A stretch of 56,687 nt of DNA from Alphaproteobacteria bacterium (GCA_009693995.1 SHWA01000004.1:1-56687); one strand, 5' to 3'. Shown: positions 21,783 through 34,699, numbered from the stretch's first letter. A program made the numbers and translations. Notes: generated from the letters alone by a model not told the origin.

Positions 21783-22791
21783 ATGAGTGCCCCCCGATCC
21801 TGGAATCGCGTCGCCTGCCTGCCGGCTGCCGGAGCGGTGTTTGCCGCGGCGCTGCTGGCAGCCACGCCTGCGCACGCCATCCCCAAGATGCAGCTCTTCG
21901 TCGAGGGCGCGACTTACGACACCGATTCGGAAACCTGGATCGGCTCGCCGGACGAGACCGGCCTGCTGCGCCTCTGGGTGATCCTCGCCGCCGATGGCGA
22001 CGCCAATTGCGACGAGGATACCAGCGTCTGCACCGGTTCTGATTCGACGCGCAAGTTCAAGAATGTGCGCGTGGCCGTCTCCTTCCCCGACCCGCCCGGT
22101 GGGCGCCCGGTGACGTTGGTGCCAGCCTTCCTCGGCGGCACCGTGGCCAACACCTTCGGCGGCTTCACCGGCTCGGGCGAGGCGCCGGCGCCGTCGGGTG
22201 CGCAGAACCTGAACATCGCCACCAAAGGCGCCCCCGACAACGGCGCCTTCGTCGATGTGGACGAGGACGGCAAGCAGGACACGCCCCTGATCGACGACAA
22301 GAAGAGCCTGGGCCCCCACGGCGAGTTCGTCGTTGGTCGCACCTGGCAGGAATACCTGCTCGGCGACTTCGACCTCGGCGCCCTGGCGCCGAGTCTCAGC
22401 CTGGTGCTGATCGACGACTTCAATGGCACCGATCCCCTGGCACCCCAGGACGGCAAGACCGGGCTGATCCTCGCCTACGACATCGACGTCTCGGCCTTCG
22501 TGCCGCTCACCGACTGGCACTTCGACGCCTACGCCCTGCTGCAGTCGAAGAAGACTGAAACGGTCGATACCACGGTATTCGAGGAGATATGCAAGACCAC
22601 AAAAAAATGGCGTGACCACCACGACCTGCGAGTTCAAGGAAAAGAAGGTGCAGACAGAGGTCGTGGTTGATGTCTTCAAGCCGATCTTCGCGCCCTTCTC
22701 CCATGACGCCGGCGGCACTGGCGGGTTCATTCCGCCGCCAGTGGCGGAGCCCGGCACTCTCGGCCTGGTCACTCGGCGCCGGCGCGCGTAG
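21783..22791 (+). CDS. PEP-CTERM-type surface protein (choice-of-anchor N-like), frameshifted at an A7 run, with a shortened anchor
   Basis: Signal peptide ...AHA-IPKMQLFVEGATYD. Removing one A from A7 (22601-22607) gives ...FAPFSHDAGG...VAEPGTLGLVTRRRRA*. Confidence 0.72.
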
Positions 22792-22811
22792 CCAACCGGA
22801 TACCGTTACTA

Positions 22812-22848
22812 CGGACGGCGGCCCCCCGGGGGCCGCCGTTCCGCTTTT
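22812..22848 (+). terminator. Rho-independent terminator
   Basis: ACGGCGGCCCC/GGGGCCGCCGT stem followed by TCCGCTTTT, just after the TAG at 22791. Confidence 0.65.
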
Positions 22849-23000
22849 CGGGCACCCGGCCCGGGACTGGTATCTGGGCGGGTCAGGCGTCGCGGGGCTG
22901 CCCCAGGACGGTGGGCGCCATTGCCGGGTTCGCGGGAGCCTTTAGCCGATGTTAACAAATGCGGCGCCAAGCTCACCGCAGTTCCGTTCCGGAGTGACCC

Positions 23001-23330
23001 ATGGCCCGAGCCCAGCCGCGCGCCTGGTCAGAGCCTGACCAAGGTGAACGCCGCCGCGATCGCCGGCGGCCATACTCGCGGAGCGTCCACATCAGCTATG
23101 GCGACGGCGGCTATCCCTGCATGCTGGAAAACATCTCGGCCGGTGGCGCCCGCCTCACGCTCTCGGCCGAGCTGCCCGTGGCTGCCGACATGGTGCTCGA
23201 ACTGGCGGACTACGGCGCCGTGCCGGGCCGAGTCGTCTACGCCAACGGATATTCCGTTGCCATTCGGTTCATCCTTGACGAGTCCGGCCGCCGCCGCCTG
23301 CAAGCCTGGATCGAAGCGCACACGGCATGA
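23001..23330 (+). CDS. PilZ domain protein
   Basis: ERRRDRRR (RxxxR) and NISAGGA (D/NxSxxG) motifs. Confidence 0.88.
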   Translation: MARAQPRAWSEPDQGERRRDRRRPYSRSVHISYGDGGYPCMLENISAGGARLTLSAELPVAADMVLELADYGAVPGRVVYANGYSVAIRFILDESGRRRLQAWIEAHTA

Positions 23331-23416
23331 CACGGTGGCCGCGGTCCGGCGCTATCCGCGTCGACCCGTCGCGACGATCGGACCGACCACCCTCGCGCTC
23401 GAAATCATTGATTCGA

Positions 23417-23491
<75 letters not shown>

Positions 23492-23604
23492 CGCACTGAT
23501 GCGGCACCTTTGCGGCCCAAGCGACGCGCCGGGCCGCCGCCGGTTGTCCCCTCTACAACGGCTGCCGCCGCAGATCAAGAATGGCGGGCGCGGTTGCGGG
23601 CGCC

Positions 23605-23988
23605 TCAGGCCTTGCCTTCGGTGCCGGTGGGGACGCGCAGGACCTTTTCGATCTCATCCACCAGCTCGCGCAGGTGGAAGGGCTTGGAGAAGACGCGCGC
23701 GTTCTTCTGGGCATTCCCGGAGAGCCGCATGGCGACGGCGGCGAAGCCGGTGATGAAGATCACCTTGAGGTCGCTGATTTCCCGGGTGGCGCGGCGCGCG
23801 AGCTCGATCCCGTCCATGCCGGGCATGACCACGTCGGCGACCAGGAGGTCGAAGCGGTCCTGGGCGATCGCCGGCAAGGCTTCCAGGCCGTCACCGACGG
23901 CATGCACCTTGTGGCCGCCCTTTTCGAGAGCGCGCGTCAAGAACGTGCGCATCGCCTCGTCGTCTTCGGCGAGCAGAATTCGCGCCAC
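23605..23988 (-). CDS. cpdR: Single-domain response regulator CpdR
   Basis: ILLAEDDEAMRTFLTRAL, DVVMPGMDGIELAR, FITGFAAV, SKPFHLRELV; conserved position between tRNA-Val and the amidohydrolase. Confidence 0.92.
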   Translation of the reverse strand: MARILLAEDDEAMRTFLTRALEKGGHKVHAVGDGLEALPAIAQDRFDLLVADVVMPGMDGIELARRATREISDLKVIFITGFAAVAMRLSGNAQKNARVFSKPFHLRELVDEIEKVLRVPTGTEGKA

Positions 23989-24125
23989 GGGCGCCCCCTT
24001 CCAGAACTACTTGTCCCAGGGAATATCAGCGGCTGCGCTCCGGCAGGTCGTCCTAAGTGGCGGCAGAGGGAGGGCATAGGTCGAGCCACCAGAAGCGCAG
24101 CCACCGACGACCATAGCCGCGCCAC

Positions 24126-24141
24126 GTTAAGATAGGGCTAG
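24126..24141 (-). promoter_or_regulatory. Possible CtrA site upstream of cpdR
   Basis: Minus strand CTAG-N7-TTAAC versus consensus TTAA-N7-TTAAC; only one half-site is perfect. Confidence 0.35.
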
Positions 24142-24196
24142 ATGCACAGTAGCGGTCCCGGCGACGCTCTGACCGGCACTTGAGAGGGGCCCTCTT

Positions 24197-25120
24197 GTGC
24201 GCTACACCCGATCCTCGCCGTCATCAGGTCAACCGATGGATACCGACGCCCGCCTGTTCGACCCACCGATCGACGTGCAGCAGCCGGCGCGCGCGACCTC
24301 GCCGCTGGTGGTCAGTTCGCCGCACAGCGGATCGCGGTATCCGGAGCGCTTCGTCGCCGAATCGCGCCTCGACCTGCTGAGTCTCCGCCGCTCCGAGGAT
24401 GCATTCGTCGATGAGCTGTTCGGCGCCGCACCGGCGCTCGGCGCGCCGCTCTTGCGGGCGCTCTTTCCGCGCGCCTATCTGGATGTCAACCGCGAGCCCT
24501 TCGAGCTCGATCCCGCCATGTTCCACGGGCAGTTGCCGACCTATGCCAACACCACCTCGCCCCGGGTGCGGAGCGGGCTCGGCACGGTGCCGCGGGTGGT
24601 CGCCAACGGCGCCGAAATCTACGACGTGAAGCTGCCGTTCACCGAGGCGGAGGGGCGCATCGACGCGCTCTACCGCCCGTTCCACGATTCCCTCGCGCAC
24701 TTGGTCGGTGCGGCGCAGGCGCGCTTCGGCTACGCGGTGGTGATCGATTGCCACTCCATGCCCTCGGTCGGCGGACCCATGGACCAGGACGCCGGCGCGG
24801 GCCGCGCCGACATGGTCCTGGGCGACCGCCACGGCACCTCTTGCTCGCGCGGGCTCGCGGTGACCGCCGCCCGCATCCTGCGCGACCAGGGCTTCCGCGT
24901 CGCGCTCAACGTGCCCTACGCCGGCGGCTACATCACCCAGCATTACGGCCGCCCGCGCGAGGGGGTCCAGGCCCTGCAGATTGAGGTCAATCGGGCGATC
25001 TACATGGACGAGGCGAAGATCCAGCGCCTGGCCGCCTTTGCCGACGTGGGCGCGCGGCTGGGTGCGTTCCTCGGCGCGCTGGATGCCGCCGTGCGCGCCT
25101 TCGCCGCGGCGGCAGAGTGA
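24197..25120 (+). CDS. N-formylglutamate amidohydrolase
   Basis: SSPHSG, RAYLDVNR, DCHSMPS, PYAGGYIT, QIEVNR. Confidence 0.92.
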   Translation: MRYTRSSPSSGQPMDTDARLFDPPIDVQQPARATSPLVVSSPHSGSRYPERFVAESRLDLLSLRRSEDAFVDELFGAAPALGAPLLRALFPRAYLDVNREPFELDPAMFHGQLPTYANTTSPRVRSGLGTVPRVVANGAEIYDVKLPFTEAEGRIDALYRPFHDSLAHLVGAAQARFGYAVVIDCHSMPSVGGPMDQDAGAGRADMVLGDRHGTSCSRGLAVTAARILRDQGFRVALNVPYAGGYITQHYGRPREGVQALQIEVNRAIYMDEAKIQRLAAFADVGARLGAFLGALDAAVRAFAAAAE

Positions 25121-25139
25121 GACCCCGCCGGTCGTCCTG

Positions 25140-25649
25140 GTGCAGGACGCCATCCCGGCCGACCTGGCGGCCATCCAGGCGATCTACGCCCATCATGTGC
25201 GGACCGGCCTCGGCTCGTTCGAGCTGGAGCCGCCGACGCTCGCCGTCATGGCGGACCGGTTTCGGGCGGCCACCGACTCCGGCTATCCCTATCTGGTGGC
25301 AGCGGGTGGGGAGGTGCTGGGCTACGCCTACGTCACCGCCCTACGCACCCGCCCGGCCTATCGGGCAACCGTCGAGAACTCGCTCTACGTGGCGCCCGGG
25401 GCACTACGCCGGGGTGTGGGCCGTCGGCTGCTCGGGGCCCTGATCGAGCGCTGCACGGCGGCAGGCTTCCGGCAGATGGTCGCCGTGATCGGCGATTCTG
25501 GCAACACCGCGTCGATCGAGCTGCACGCCAGAGCTGGCTTTCGCCACGTCGGCACGTTGCGGGCGGTCGGATTCAAGTTCGGGCGCTGGGTCGATACCGT
25601 GACCATGCAGCGCGCCCTCGGGCCCGGCAGCGACACCCCGCCGGAGTAG
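25140..25649 (+). CDS. GNAT N-acetyltransferase (phosphinothricin acetyltransferase/MnaT-like); start uncertain
   Basis: IYAHHV...SFELEPP, RPAYRATVENSLYV, VGFKFGRWVD. Confidence 0.88.
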   Translation: MQDAIPADLAAIQAIYAHHVRTGLGSFELEPPTLAVMADRFRAATDSGYPYLVAAGGEVLGYAYVTALRTRPAYRATVENSLYVAPGALRRGVGRRLLGALIERCTAAGFRQMVAVIGDSGNTASIELHARAGFRHVGTLRAVGFKFGRWVDTVTMQRALGPGSDTPPE

Positions 25650-25654
25650 GCGAA

Positions 25655-25748
25655 GAAAAAGGCCGTACAACGACTTGCTGTACGGCCCAGTTTAGGGAGG
25701 AAACACCCTAAGAAGGGAGTGCGGTGACCGGCACGCGCCGGCTACCGC
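25655..25748 (-). ncRNA. mmgR: MmgR/suhB (alpha-r8) family small RNA
   Basis: 5' hairpin, core CCCTTCTTAGGGTGTTTCCTCCCTAAACT, terminator GGCCGTACA...TGTACGGCCTTTTT; upstream TTGAAT-N16-TATCGT; typical linkage to N-formylglutamate amidohydrolase. Confidence 0.85.
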
Positions 25749-25954
25749 AGTGCAACGATAACGCAGTTTCGTGAGCATTCAAGAAAAAAGTCTTTCCGCG
25801 GGCAAAAATACTTGCCCTTAGGGAGTTGGACCGGTATCCGGCGGATCAACTCGAACCCGGGCCCTTTGTTGCATCGCACCTATCGCGGTCGACGGCAGCT
25901 CTGGTACGGTCCTTGCAAGGGAACCGGCGACCCGCAACCGGAAGCCCGCCGCCC

Positions 25955-26713
25955 ATGACCCGCCGTCCCGTGCCGATTCTCGCGCTCCTGATCCAGGTGC
26001 CGGTGGTGTGCGCGGTTCCGTTCGGCGCCTGGGCGCGCCTCGAGAGCCGCGAAAGCGGCGCGGCGACCGATCCTTGCGCCGGCCCGATCGGTGCCGCGGA
26101 ATCGCGCCACGCCATCCCGCGCGGCCTGCTGCAGGCAATTTCCCTGGCGGAATCCGGGCGCTACGACCCGGCGCGCTCGGCAACCGCTGCCTGGCCCTGG
26201 ACCATCAATGCCGAGGGGGACGGCAAGTACTTCCCCTCCAAGCGTGAGGCGGTCGCCTTTGCGCGGGGCTTGCAGAAGCGCGGCGTCGCGAGCGTGGACG
26301 TCGGTTGCATGCAGATCAGCCTGCGGCACCACAAGGACGCCTTCGCCGACCTGGACCAGGCCTTCGATCCCACGGCCAATGTCGGCTACGCGGCGCAGTT
26401 CCTGGTGTCGCTGTACGAGGAGACCCGCTCCTGGAGCCAGGCGGTCGCCTTCTACCACTCGCGCACGCCCGAAGCGCACGTCCCCTATCGCAGCAAGGTG
26501 CTCCAGATCTGGGGCGAGACCCAGCGCCAGGCGGCCGCAGTGCTTCGCCAGCAACCCGTCGGGTTGCACCAGAAACTCGCACAGTGGCAACTGGAACAGC
26601 GCGCGACCCAGCAGCGGCGCTGGGAGGACCAACGGCAGCGGTTCCAGGCGTTCAACGATCGGCCGGCCGGCTGGCAGCCGGCCCGCGAGTCGCACCGCGT
26701 CATCCGCCCTTGA
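25955..26713 (+). CDS. Lytic transglycosylase (SLT domain)
   Basis: AISLAESG, WPWTIN, DVGCMQI, AVAFYHS. Confidence 0.9.
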   Translation: MTRRPVPILALLIQVPVVCAVPFGAWARLESRESGAATDPCAGPIGAAESRHAIPRGLLQAISLAESGRYDPARSATAAWPWTINAEGDGKYFPSKREAVAFARGLQKRGVASVDVGCMQISLRHHKDAFADLDQAFDPTANVGYAAQFLVSLYEETRSWSQAVAFYHSRTPEAHVPYRSKVLQIWGETQRQAAAVLRQQPVGLHQKLAQWQLEQRATQQRRWEDQRQRFQAFNDRPAGWQPARESHRVIRP

Positions 26714-27314
26714 GAGAATCCTGGGGCGGCGCCTCCGGCGCACGCCAGGGCCGCCAGCCGCCAATCAGGGCCGCGAGGATCAGCAGCAGGGCGAACCCGG
26801 CGACCACGGCGTTGCGCAGCAGCATGCGACGGCTCAGGAAGCCGCCCCCGGCGAGCGCCTGCGCGGTCTCTGGCACCAGCTCGAAGATCATGTCGGAACG
26901 CTCGCCCGGCAGCACCACCGCGGTTTCGTGCATCTGGGCGATCGGCTGCAACTCGCGGCTGAAGCAATCGCGCAAGGTCGCGGTCACCAGAGCGGTGTCC
27001 GGCGGCGCCCGCTCGGCGAGCGTGCGCGCCGCGTCCACCGTCTGGCCGGCAATCGACGGCCCGACCGCGGTCACGGTCCCGATCGCCGCGCCGATCCGTG
27101 GCCGCTTGATCCCCTTCGGCGGGCGCAGCAGCATGAGCGCCGCGCGGAGCGCCTGATCGGCGAGCGGGAAGAGCAGCGCAAGCGCCGACCCCGCGAGCGG
27201 CACCACCTGGCCGCGGAACGGCGCCACCAGGGGGGCAACGGCTGCGGCAGTGGCATTGTCGGCGAGCAGCACGAGCACCGCGCGCCGCACGCTGAGGACC
27301 GGGGTCGGCGGCAT
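26700..27314 (-). CDS. Hypothetical membrane-anchored protein with a degenerate class III nucleotide cyclase-like domain
   Basis: RIGAAIGTV...IAGQTVDAARTLAERAPPDTALVT echoes RIGIHxG...GxxVNxAARLxxxAxPxxILVS; C-terminal TM. Confidence 0.5.
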   Translation of the reverse strand: MPPTPVLSVRRAVLVLLADNATAAAVAPLVAPFRGQVVPLAGSALALLFPLADQALRAALMLLRPPKGIKRPRIGAAIGTVTAVGPSIAGQTVDAARTLAERAPPDTALVTATLRDCFSRELQPIAQMHETAVVLPGERSDMIFELVPETAQALAGGGFLSRRMLLRNAVVAGFALLLILAALIGGWRPWRAPEAPPQDSLKGG

Positions 27315-27407
27315 GGGCGGAACCTGCCCGCAGCCGTGCCGCTTGTCAAAGGCCGGCGCGGCCCGCGTTGTCGAAGGGCGCCCCGCGCGCTACGGTCGGG
27401 CGGCTAA

Positions 27408-28709
<1,302 letters not shown>

Positions 28710-28727
28710 GGCGAAGGGGAGACCATC

Positions 28728-29606
28728 ATGGCGGCAGCGACCATCAAGGCGGCATTCATCGGCCTCGGCGTCATGGGCTATCCCATGGCCGGACATCTCC
28801 AGAAGGCGGGCCATGCGGTGACCGTCTTCAACCGCACGGGCTCCCGGGCGGAGGCCTGGGTGAAGCAGCATGGCGGCGCCGCGGCCGCTAGCCCCGCGGC
28901 AGCAGCCAAGGGAGCCGATATGGTCCTCATCTGCGTCGGCAACGACGACGACGTGCGCGCCGTGGCCCTGGGGTCCGACGGCGCGCTCGCGGGCATGGCG
29001 AAGGGGGCGATCCTGGTGGACCACACCACCGCCTCCGCCGGCGTCGCGCGCGAGCTCCACGCCGCCGCCCAGGCCAAGGGCATCGGCTTTCTGGATGCGC
29101 CGGTCTCGGGCGGGCAGTCGGGGGCCGAGAACGGGGCGCTCTCGATCATGGTCGGCGGCGAGGCGGCGACCTTCGAGCGGGCGAGGCCGGTGCTCGCCTG
29201 CTACGGCAAGGCCGTGACATTGCTCGGGGCCGCCGGCGCGGGCCAGCTCACCAAGATGGTCAACCAGATCTGCATCGCCGGGCTGGTGCAGGGCCTGGCC
29301 GAGGGCATGGCGTTCGCGGTCAAGGCCGGGCTCGACGGCAACCAGGTCCTCGACGTGATCTCCAAGGGCGCCGCCCAGTCGTGGCAGATGGAGAACCGCG
29401 GCCGCACCATGCTCCAGGACAAGTTCGACTTCGGCTTCGCCGTCAACTGGATGCGCAAGGACCTGGCGATCTGCCTGGCGGAAGCGCGCAAGAACGGCGC
29501 CCGCCTGCCGGTCGCCGCCCTGATCGACCAGTTTTATGGCCAGGTGCAGCGGCGCGGCGGCGGGCGGTTCGACACCTCGAGCCTATACACCTTGCTGAGC
29601 GACTGA
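28728..29606 (+). CDS. Beta-hydroxyacid dehydrogenase family NAD(P)-dependent oxidoreductase
   Basis: FIGLGVMG, DAPVSGG, KMVNQ, KDL. Confidence 0.92.
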   Translation: MAAATIKAAFIGLGVMGYPMAGHLQKAGHAVTVFNRTGSRAEAWVKQHGGAAAASPAAAAKGADMVLICVGNDDDVRAVALGSDGALAGMAKGAILVDHTTASAGVARELHAAAQAKGIGFLDAPVSGGQSGAENGALSIMVGGEAATFERARPVLACYGKAVTLLGAAGAGQLTKMVNQICIAGLVQGLAEGMAFAVKAGLDGNQVLDVISKGAAQSWQMENRGRTMLQDKFDFGFAVNWMRKDLAICLAEARKNGARLPVAALIDQFYGQVQRRGGGRFDTSSLYTLLSD

Positions 29607-29763
29607 CGCCGGGGGACGGTTGCGCTCAGCGGTATGCTCCGTTGCCTTGATCGGAATTTCTCGTTAAGAGTCGCGGCCAGAGCGGGCTGTAGCGCTTGCC
29701 CCGCCCGCACCCGCAAGCCCCATTTATACCGCTCAGCCAACAGCATGTGAGGGAGGCGTCGCC

Positions 29764-31476
29764 GTGACACGCATGACACCCAGCGAGGCACTGGTCGAGA
29801 CCATGGCCGAGGAAGGCGTCACCGACGTCTTCGGCATCGTCGGCTCGGCCTACATGGATGCCCTCGACATCTTTCCCGGCGCCGGCATCCGTTTCATTTC
29901 GGTCGCCCACGAGCAGAACGCGGTGCACATGGCGGACGGGTTCAGCCGGGTGCTGAACCGCCACGGCGTCTGCATCGCCCAGAACGGGCCCGGCATCACC
30001 AACTTCGTCACCGGCGTCGCCGCCGCCTACTGGGCGCATTCGCCGGTGGTGGCGATCACGCCGGAGACTGGCACCATGGGCCTCGGCCTCGGCGGGTTCC
30101 AGGAAACCGAGCAGATGCCGATCTTCTCCAAGATCACCAAGTACCAGGTGCACGTGAACCAGCCGGCGCGCATCGCCGAGCTCACCCACAACGCCTTCAC
30201 CATCGCCATGAACGAGCGCGGGCCGGTCCAGATCAACATCCCGCGCGACTATTTCTACGGCGAGATCGACATCACCATCCCCAAGCGCCAGCGCCACGAG
30301 CCCTCGGCCGGCGGCCCCAACAGCTTGGCCGAGGCGGCCAAGCTCCTGGCCGAGGCCGAGTTCCCGGTGATGGTGGCGGGTGGCGGCGTGATCTTCGCCG
30401 ACGGCCAGAAGGAGGCGGTGCAGCTCGCCGAGTATCTCGGCATGCCGGTGGTCAACAGCTACCTGCACAACGACAGCTTCCCCGGCAGCCACGATCTCGC
30501 CCTCGGGCCGCTCGGTTACCAGGGCTCCAAGGCGGCCATGAAGGTGATCGCCCAGGCCGACGTGATCCTGGCGCTTGGCACCCGCCTCGGGCCGTTCGGC
30601 ACCCTGCCGCAGCACGGCATCGACTACTGGCCGAAGAATGCCAAGATCATCCAGATCGACGCCAACCCGCGCATGCTCGGCCTGGTGAAGCAAATCTCGG
30701 TCGGCATCACCGGCGACGCCAAGCTGGCCGCCGCCGACATCCTGAACCGTCTGCAAACCTCGAACGTGGCCCCCAAGGCGCACGGCAACAGGGGCGCGCG
30801 CATGGCCGAGGTCAGGAAGCAGAAGGAGGAGTGGACCGCCGAACTGGCCAAGATGTCGAACGGCTCCGGCTCGCCGATCCAGCCGCGCCGCTGCCTGATT
30901 GAACTCGAGAAGGCGATGCCGAAGAACGCCATGGTCACGACCGACATCGGCAACGTCTGCTCGGTCGCCAACAGCTATCTCAAGTTCGAGGCGCCCAAGA
31001 GCTTCTTCGCCGCCATGACTTTCGGCAACTGCGGCTACTCGTTCCCCTGCGCGATGGGCGCCAAGGTCGGTGCCCCCGACCGCCCGGCGGTCGCCTATGT
31101 CGGCGACGGCGCGTGGGGCATGAGCCTGGCCGAAGTGATGACCTGCGTGCGCGAGAACATCCCGACCGTGGCGGTGGTGTTCAACAACGGCCAGTGGGGC
31201 GCCGAGAAGAAGAACCAGATCGACTACTACGGCAACCGGTTCCTCGGCACCAACCTGGTCAATCCGAGCTTCTCCGCCATCGCCAAGGCGATGGGGGCGG
31301 AGGGCATCACGGTCAATCACCCCGACATGGTGGGCGACGCGCTCAAGACCGCGACCAAGTCCGGCAAGACCACGGTGATCGAGGTGATGCTGACCCAGGA
31401 GCTGGGCGATCCCTTCCGCCGCGACGCCCTGAAGAAGCCGGTGCGCATGCTCGACAAGTACAAGCAGTTTGCCTAG
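29764..31476 (+). CDS. xsc: Sulfoacetaldehyde acetyltransferase (TPP-dependent)
   Basis: MTPSEA..., FGIVGSA, AQNGPGITNFVT, GDGAWG...NNGQWGAEKKNQ, ELGDPFRRDA. Confidence 0.95.
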   Translation: MTRMTPSEALVETMAEEGVTDVFGIVGSAYMDALDIFPGAGIRFISVAHEQNAVHMADGFSRVLNRHGVCIAQNGPGITNFVTGVAAAYWAHSPVVAITPETGTMGLGLGGFQETEQMPIFSKITKYQVHVNQPARIAELTHNAFTIAMNERGPVQINIPRDYFYGEIDITIPKRQRHEPSAGGPNSLAEAAKLLAEAEFPVMVAGGGVIFADGQKEAVQLAEYLGMPVVNSYLHNDSFPGSHDLALGPLGYQGSKAAMKVIAQADVILALGTRLGPFGTLPQHGIDYWPKNAKIIQIDANPRMLGLVKQISVGITGDAKLAAADILNRLQTSNVAPKAHGNRGARMAEVRKQKEEWTAELAKMSNGSGSPIQPRRCLIELEKAMPKNAMVTTDIGNVCSVANSYLKFEAPKSFFAAMTFGNCGYSFPCAMGAKVGAPDRPAVAYVGDGAWGMSLAEVMTCVRENIPTVAVVFNNGQWGAEKKNQIDYYGNRFLGTNLVNPSFSAIAKAMGAEGITVNHPDMVGDALKTATKSGKTTVIEVMLTQELGDPFRRDALKKPVRMLDKYKQFA

Positions 31477-31594
31477 TGTCCTGCCCCAGAAATTCGTTTG
31501 CAAATTTCTGGGATAAGCAGGCCACTGGGTGCAAATACATAGTGGCCCGTTCACCGCGAAATTCGTGACACGAATTTCGCGGACGGGACACTTG
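31474..31594. repeat. Inverted doublet of hairpin elements (family B)
   Basis: Unit 1 TAGTGTCCTG-CCCAGAAATT..AATTTCTGGG-CAGGCCACTG; unit 2 is an inverted, diverged copy; 12-nt spacer. Confidence 0.8.
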
Positions 31595-31607
31595 GCGAAA
31601 CCGTCAT

Positions 31608-31646
31608 GGCGGCGAAGGCGGGGGCCTCCCCCGCCTTCGTCGTTTG
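31608..31646 (+). terminator. Terminator-like hairpin between xsc and pta
   Basis: GGCGAAGGCGGGGG/CCCCCGCCTTCGTC stem followed by GTTT. Confidence 0.55.
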
Positions 31647-31691
31647 TGGCGGGGCGTTTGCAAGGTGCCCGACTTGCCGTAGCGTCGCGCC

Positions 31692-32663
31692 ATGAGCTGC
31701 GGTGAACCCCCGCCGTTTCGTGTCGTTTCCCCGCGCGAGGTCGCCATGCTGAGCACCGCCCCGGTCGAGTGCCCCCCTGCCCTGCTCGCCAGGGCCAAGG
31801 GCCGCCCGCCGGTGCCGATGGCGATCGCCGGCGCCGGTGAGCGGGTCGCGCTGGAAAGCGCGCGCGCCGCGACCGGTGCCGGCCTGATCACCCCGATCCT
31901 GGTCGGCGAACCCGAGGCCATCCGGCGCCTCGCCGCCGAGATCGGCTGGGACATCGCCGCCCACCGGCTGGTCGCGGCGACCGGCGAGACGGAGACGGCC
32001 CGCGCCGCCGTTGCGCTCGCGGCGGGCGGCGAGGCGAAAGCGGTGATGAAGGGCTATATCCACACCGATGCGCTGATGCTGGCGATGCTCGAACGTACGG
32101 CGGGCCTGCGTACGGGGCGGCGCGTCAGCCACGTCTTCCACATGACCGTGCCAGGCAGCGACCGCGCCCTCATGATCACCGACGGCGCGGTCAACATCGC
32201 GCCGTCCCTGGACGACAAGGTCGACATCACCCAGAACGCCATCGACCTCGCCCATGCGCTCGGCAACCCGGCGCCCCGGGTCGCCATCATCACCGGCGTC
32301 GAGACGGTGACGACGCGCGTCCCCTCCTCGGTCGACGCGGCGGCCCTGGTGCAGATGGCGGCGCGCGGGCAGATCAGGGGCGGCCTGGTCGATGGCCCCT
32401 TCGGCCTCGACAACGCCATCTCGCCTGCGGCCGCGCTCCTCAAGGGACTCGGCGGACCAGTCGCCGGCAACGCCGACATCGTCGTGGTGCCGGATTTCGT
32501 CTCCGGCAACTTCCTGTTCAAGGCGCTGGTCTATTACCGCAGCGCCTGCGCCGCCGGGATCGTGCTCGGCGCCAAGGTCCCCGTGGTGCTGACCTCGCGC
32601 GCCGACCCGGCGGCCGCCCGCCTCGCCGCGTGCGCCATCGCCGCCCTGATGGCGAGTGCCTGA
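31692..32663 (+). CDS. pta: Phosphate acetyl/butyryltransferase (ATG 31747 is an alternative start)
   Basis: MKGYIHT, ITDGAVNIAP, VDGPFGLDNAIS, VVLTSRAD; directly after xsc. Confidence 0.88.
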   Translation: MSCGEPPPFRVVSPREVAMLSTAPVECPPALLARAKGRPPVPMAIAGAGERVALESARAATGAGLITPILVGEPEAIRRLAAEIGWDIAAHRLVAATGETETARAAVALAAGGEAKAVMKGYIHTDALMLAMLERTAGLRTGRRVSHVFHMTVPGSDRALMITDGAVNIAPSLDDKVDITQNAIDLAHALGNPAPRVAIITGVETVTTRVPSSVDAAALVQMAARGQIRGGLVDGPFGLDNAISPAAALLKGLGGPVAGNADIVVVPDFVSGNFLFKALVYYRSACAAGIVLGAKVPVVLTSRADPAAARLAACAIAALMASA

Positions 32664-32707
32664 CGCCAGGGGCTTGACCGAGGGTCCACCTGGGGCGCAC
32701 GATCCCA

Positions 32708-32809
32708 GCTGTCCGAAGGGGGGCCCCGGCAGGGGCTGAGATCGGGAGCGAACTCCCGACCACCCTTTGAACCTGATCCGGTTCATACCGGCGGAGGGAT
32801 GCGGACGGC
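32708..32809 (+). promoter_or_regulatory. TPP riboswitch
   Basis: GGGG..GCTGAGA..ACCCTTTGAACCTGATCCGGTTCATACCGGCGGAGGGA; P1 GCTGTCCG/CGGACGGC; upstream of thiC. Confidence 0.95.
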
Positions 32810-32872
32810 GGTCAACCGCCACAAGTCTGACAGGTCTTCCCCGAGTATGGACGTTCCGCGCCCGCAGCTTAG

Positions 32873-34699
<1,827 letters not shown>

